Below, piece after piece: positions 61,629-64,000 of a stretch of DNA of 64,000 bases; position 1 is the first letter of the stretch, and each line of letters starts with the position of its first letter. Source of the stretch: Lingula anatina (taxonomy: Eukaryota; Animalia; Brachiopoda); assembly GCA_051362555.1 (NCBI GenBank), contig CM120645.1, positions 186,001 to 250,000 on the forward strand. Reading direction: 5' to 3'. The notes beneath the pieces are model-generated. The model was not told the origin of the DNA, did no database searches, and saw only the letters and a list, made by a program, of their open reading frames with translations. Both the position numbers and the translations under genes were made by a program.

Positions 61629-64000
61629 AACTGGATCATCTACGAATACAAATGGCAGTAAATATCTCGTCTGGTTCTGTTGGTGTTTAACTGGAATTAT
61701 TAAAAATACATATGATAATAGTTATCACATTCTACCAGTACATTATGGAAAGTCTCAGTTTTTCTCCTAGTCTTTCTCTCTCTCTCTCTCTCTCTCGTCA
61801 CGAAACGTGTAACGATGTTATATAATCACCATGCCTACAAGTTGAACTTCCGAATCCTGAAAACCACACAGGAATTTACTCATATAGCATTGCATGCGGC
61901 TCCTGTGATCACACAGTTCCAGAAATCAGCAAACACCAGTGACACGCCCTGCCCTATCAACTTACATCTCCGCGGCAAAAACTTCTCGAATTACAAACAT
62001 GAAAAGCGTATATTACAAACTAAAACGTAAGAGCAGCTGTATGTGCGTGTTACGTTCTATATGGTAACACATTGCGAACCATATTGGCCTATAGGAACTT
62101 TCAGAATTGCGATACACCTTTTGAATTAACACATCAATATTTTCTTCAACTTTTTTTCGTTTATGCAGTCCCCTTTCCTTTTCTATCATTTTTTAAGATC
62201 ATTTTTATCTTCTAATTGCTTATAAATTTATATTTGGCCGTTAACAACGGTATGTGATGGCGATATATATACTATTATATATAATAAAAAGACAAAAAAA
62301 GTACGACAATTCAGTTACAGTACCTCTGCAGCTGCCATTGTCGTACTAATGAAATGTTCGCGTGAGACATGCGAGGTCTTCCAGCTCGTGCAGCTAGCAG
62401 CTAAAAAACACTACTGTTAATGATAAGGTCTAGCATTAAATGGGTATATTCAGCCTGAGATAATAGGATAACCCTTCTTAATTTTGAGGTTTATACATTT
62501 ATCCTGTAAAATTTTCACAAAGATTGCCTTTACTTAATTTTGTTATGTAGGTCTCAGTGCAATCTTCTCTATCTTCGAAAGAAGTAAACTACAGTAAGTA
62601 TAGATGTAACTGAAATTCTGACTGGTGTGATTGTCAACAGTTTTCCAGGAATTATAACGGTGCTTTCCATTTAAATATCAATACGCCTTAAAATGAAAAG
62701 TAAAATTGAAATCCAGGTGCACATGCGGAGTTTTCATTGCAAGTCTAATATTCCTCGAGAAACAAAGAGAAGTTTTATATCCCTAAGGCCATAGTATTTA
62801 GATCAGGCAACAATTTGCTTCTTTCTTGTTGTGAGTGGGAAAATGAAAGTTTGTGGTACACTGGGATGGAGGAGACATAAAACCACTTGTATCCTTGCCA
62901 GGATTCACTGCCTGCCCCGGCCCTGCACTCGGCGACAATGTGTTGTGCCATTTCTTATTAACTTGGTTATACATAAATAGTCATTCCTATAGATTACCAC
63001 GTCTTTCAGCATTTAAGAAGGTAATATCTATATCAAGTTTTTTTTTCATTTCAGGAGTTTTACAGCATTAAGGAATTAGGAAAGTTTATTAGATTTGCAT
63101 GACATTTCGACGTAGGGCAGCTTCATAAGCGCACTCAGGTTGACTTAAGATTTTATACCGACACTCGGCGCATTATCTACAGACAAATCGACAGTTTACT
63201 TGTAATATAATTTGAGTGTGCCCTGGTCGTTTACCTCGAATGAGGATTGTTATATTTCAAACAGGTTCTTCTAACCGATGTTTATTATAAAGCCTACCTA
63301 CTGTTACACAATTACCAGAAGGCGTATGTTAGTCTGTATTGCTATGGTATCCAACCTTTCAAGTTATGTAAACCATCGATCATTTGGAGACAAAACACCT
63401 TAAAAACAACACAGTTAAGTTATTTTATGTCTTCAGTTTTAATTCTACAGATTAGACAGGCAGAGGCCACAAATCAACGTTAACATTGGCTGCACGCGGC
63501 TTCTCATTGCTCGACATACAGGGCAGTGTCTGAGGTCATAACCAGGGCCCCTTATTATTTTTCTACTCGAGGGACAGAGATAGCGGGAAAGACATTTTTG
63601 CGTTTAAAATAATTAACTTTTTTATTTGATCTTTTTTGTGTGCCGTCCGACACTGTTAGTCAGATTGCATGCTGAAGTACTAATAAGAACACAAAGGTTC
63701 ACGTTATCCTCGACCCAAATGGGACACGGCGCCATTACGATGATGAGAGTACCCCTTGTCAATACATTTGATTCCAAGAGATCCAAATCGTAAGTGTAAT
63801 TAAGGTTAATGGTGGTTTAAGTCGCTTGGTGATAATTCATTACTAGTGCCCTAATCTCCATTACAGGACAGCGGCAGCACCTCACGCCATGGTGTCAAGG
63901 GTTCCACAATGTACACATCATCTATCAGCCAGATTCAAATTAGGTTGAATAACATCATCCAACTTATTCCCTGTATGATAATTGTAAGGGCAATTTTCAG

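Overview
Eukaryotic, intron-rich, AT-rich invertebrate DNA; the gene and repeat content looks lophotrochozoan/mollusc-like (inference, no database search). It contains: a complete, young Ty3/Gypsy LTR retrotransposon (110-4752) in an intron of a short-chain collagen C4-like gene whose last exon is frameshifted by a TA-CTG-TA insertion matching a Tc1/mariner excision footprint; a single-exon alpha-1,3-fucosyltransferase; a RING/TRAF-zinc-finger protein; a DUF1399 glycine-rich-domain protein with a (GGC)n tail, head-to-head with a claudin/PMP22-like tetraspan gene; a PKDCC/VLK-like secretory kinase; a CBM39-GH16 beta-1,3-glucan-binding protein/glucanase with an apparent 1-nt frameshift; NAPEPLD with repeat-filled introns; and an atypical class A GPCR. 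Several MITE families with readable TSDs, a pogo/Tc1-type element nested in a Helentron-like tandem-repeat element, minisatellites and hairpins are also present. I found no CRISPR array, rRNA or tRNA gene, and no convincingly new multi-gene system; the strongest observations are transposon footprints and nesting, splice-site amplifications and degenerate catalytic or signalling motifs. Exon models were built by hand from GT/AG sites and reading-frame continuity.
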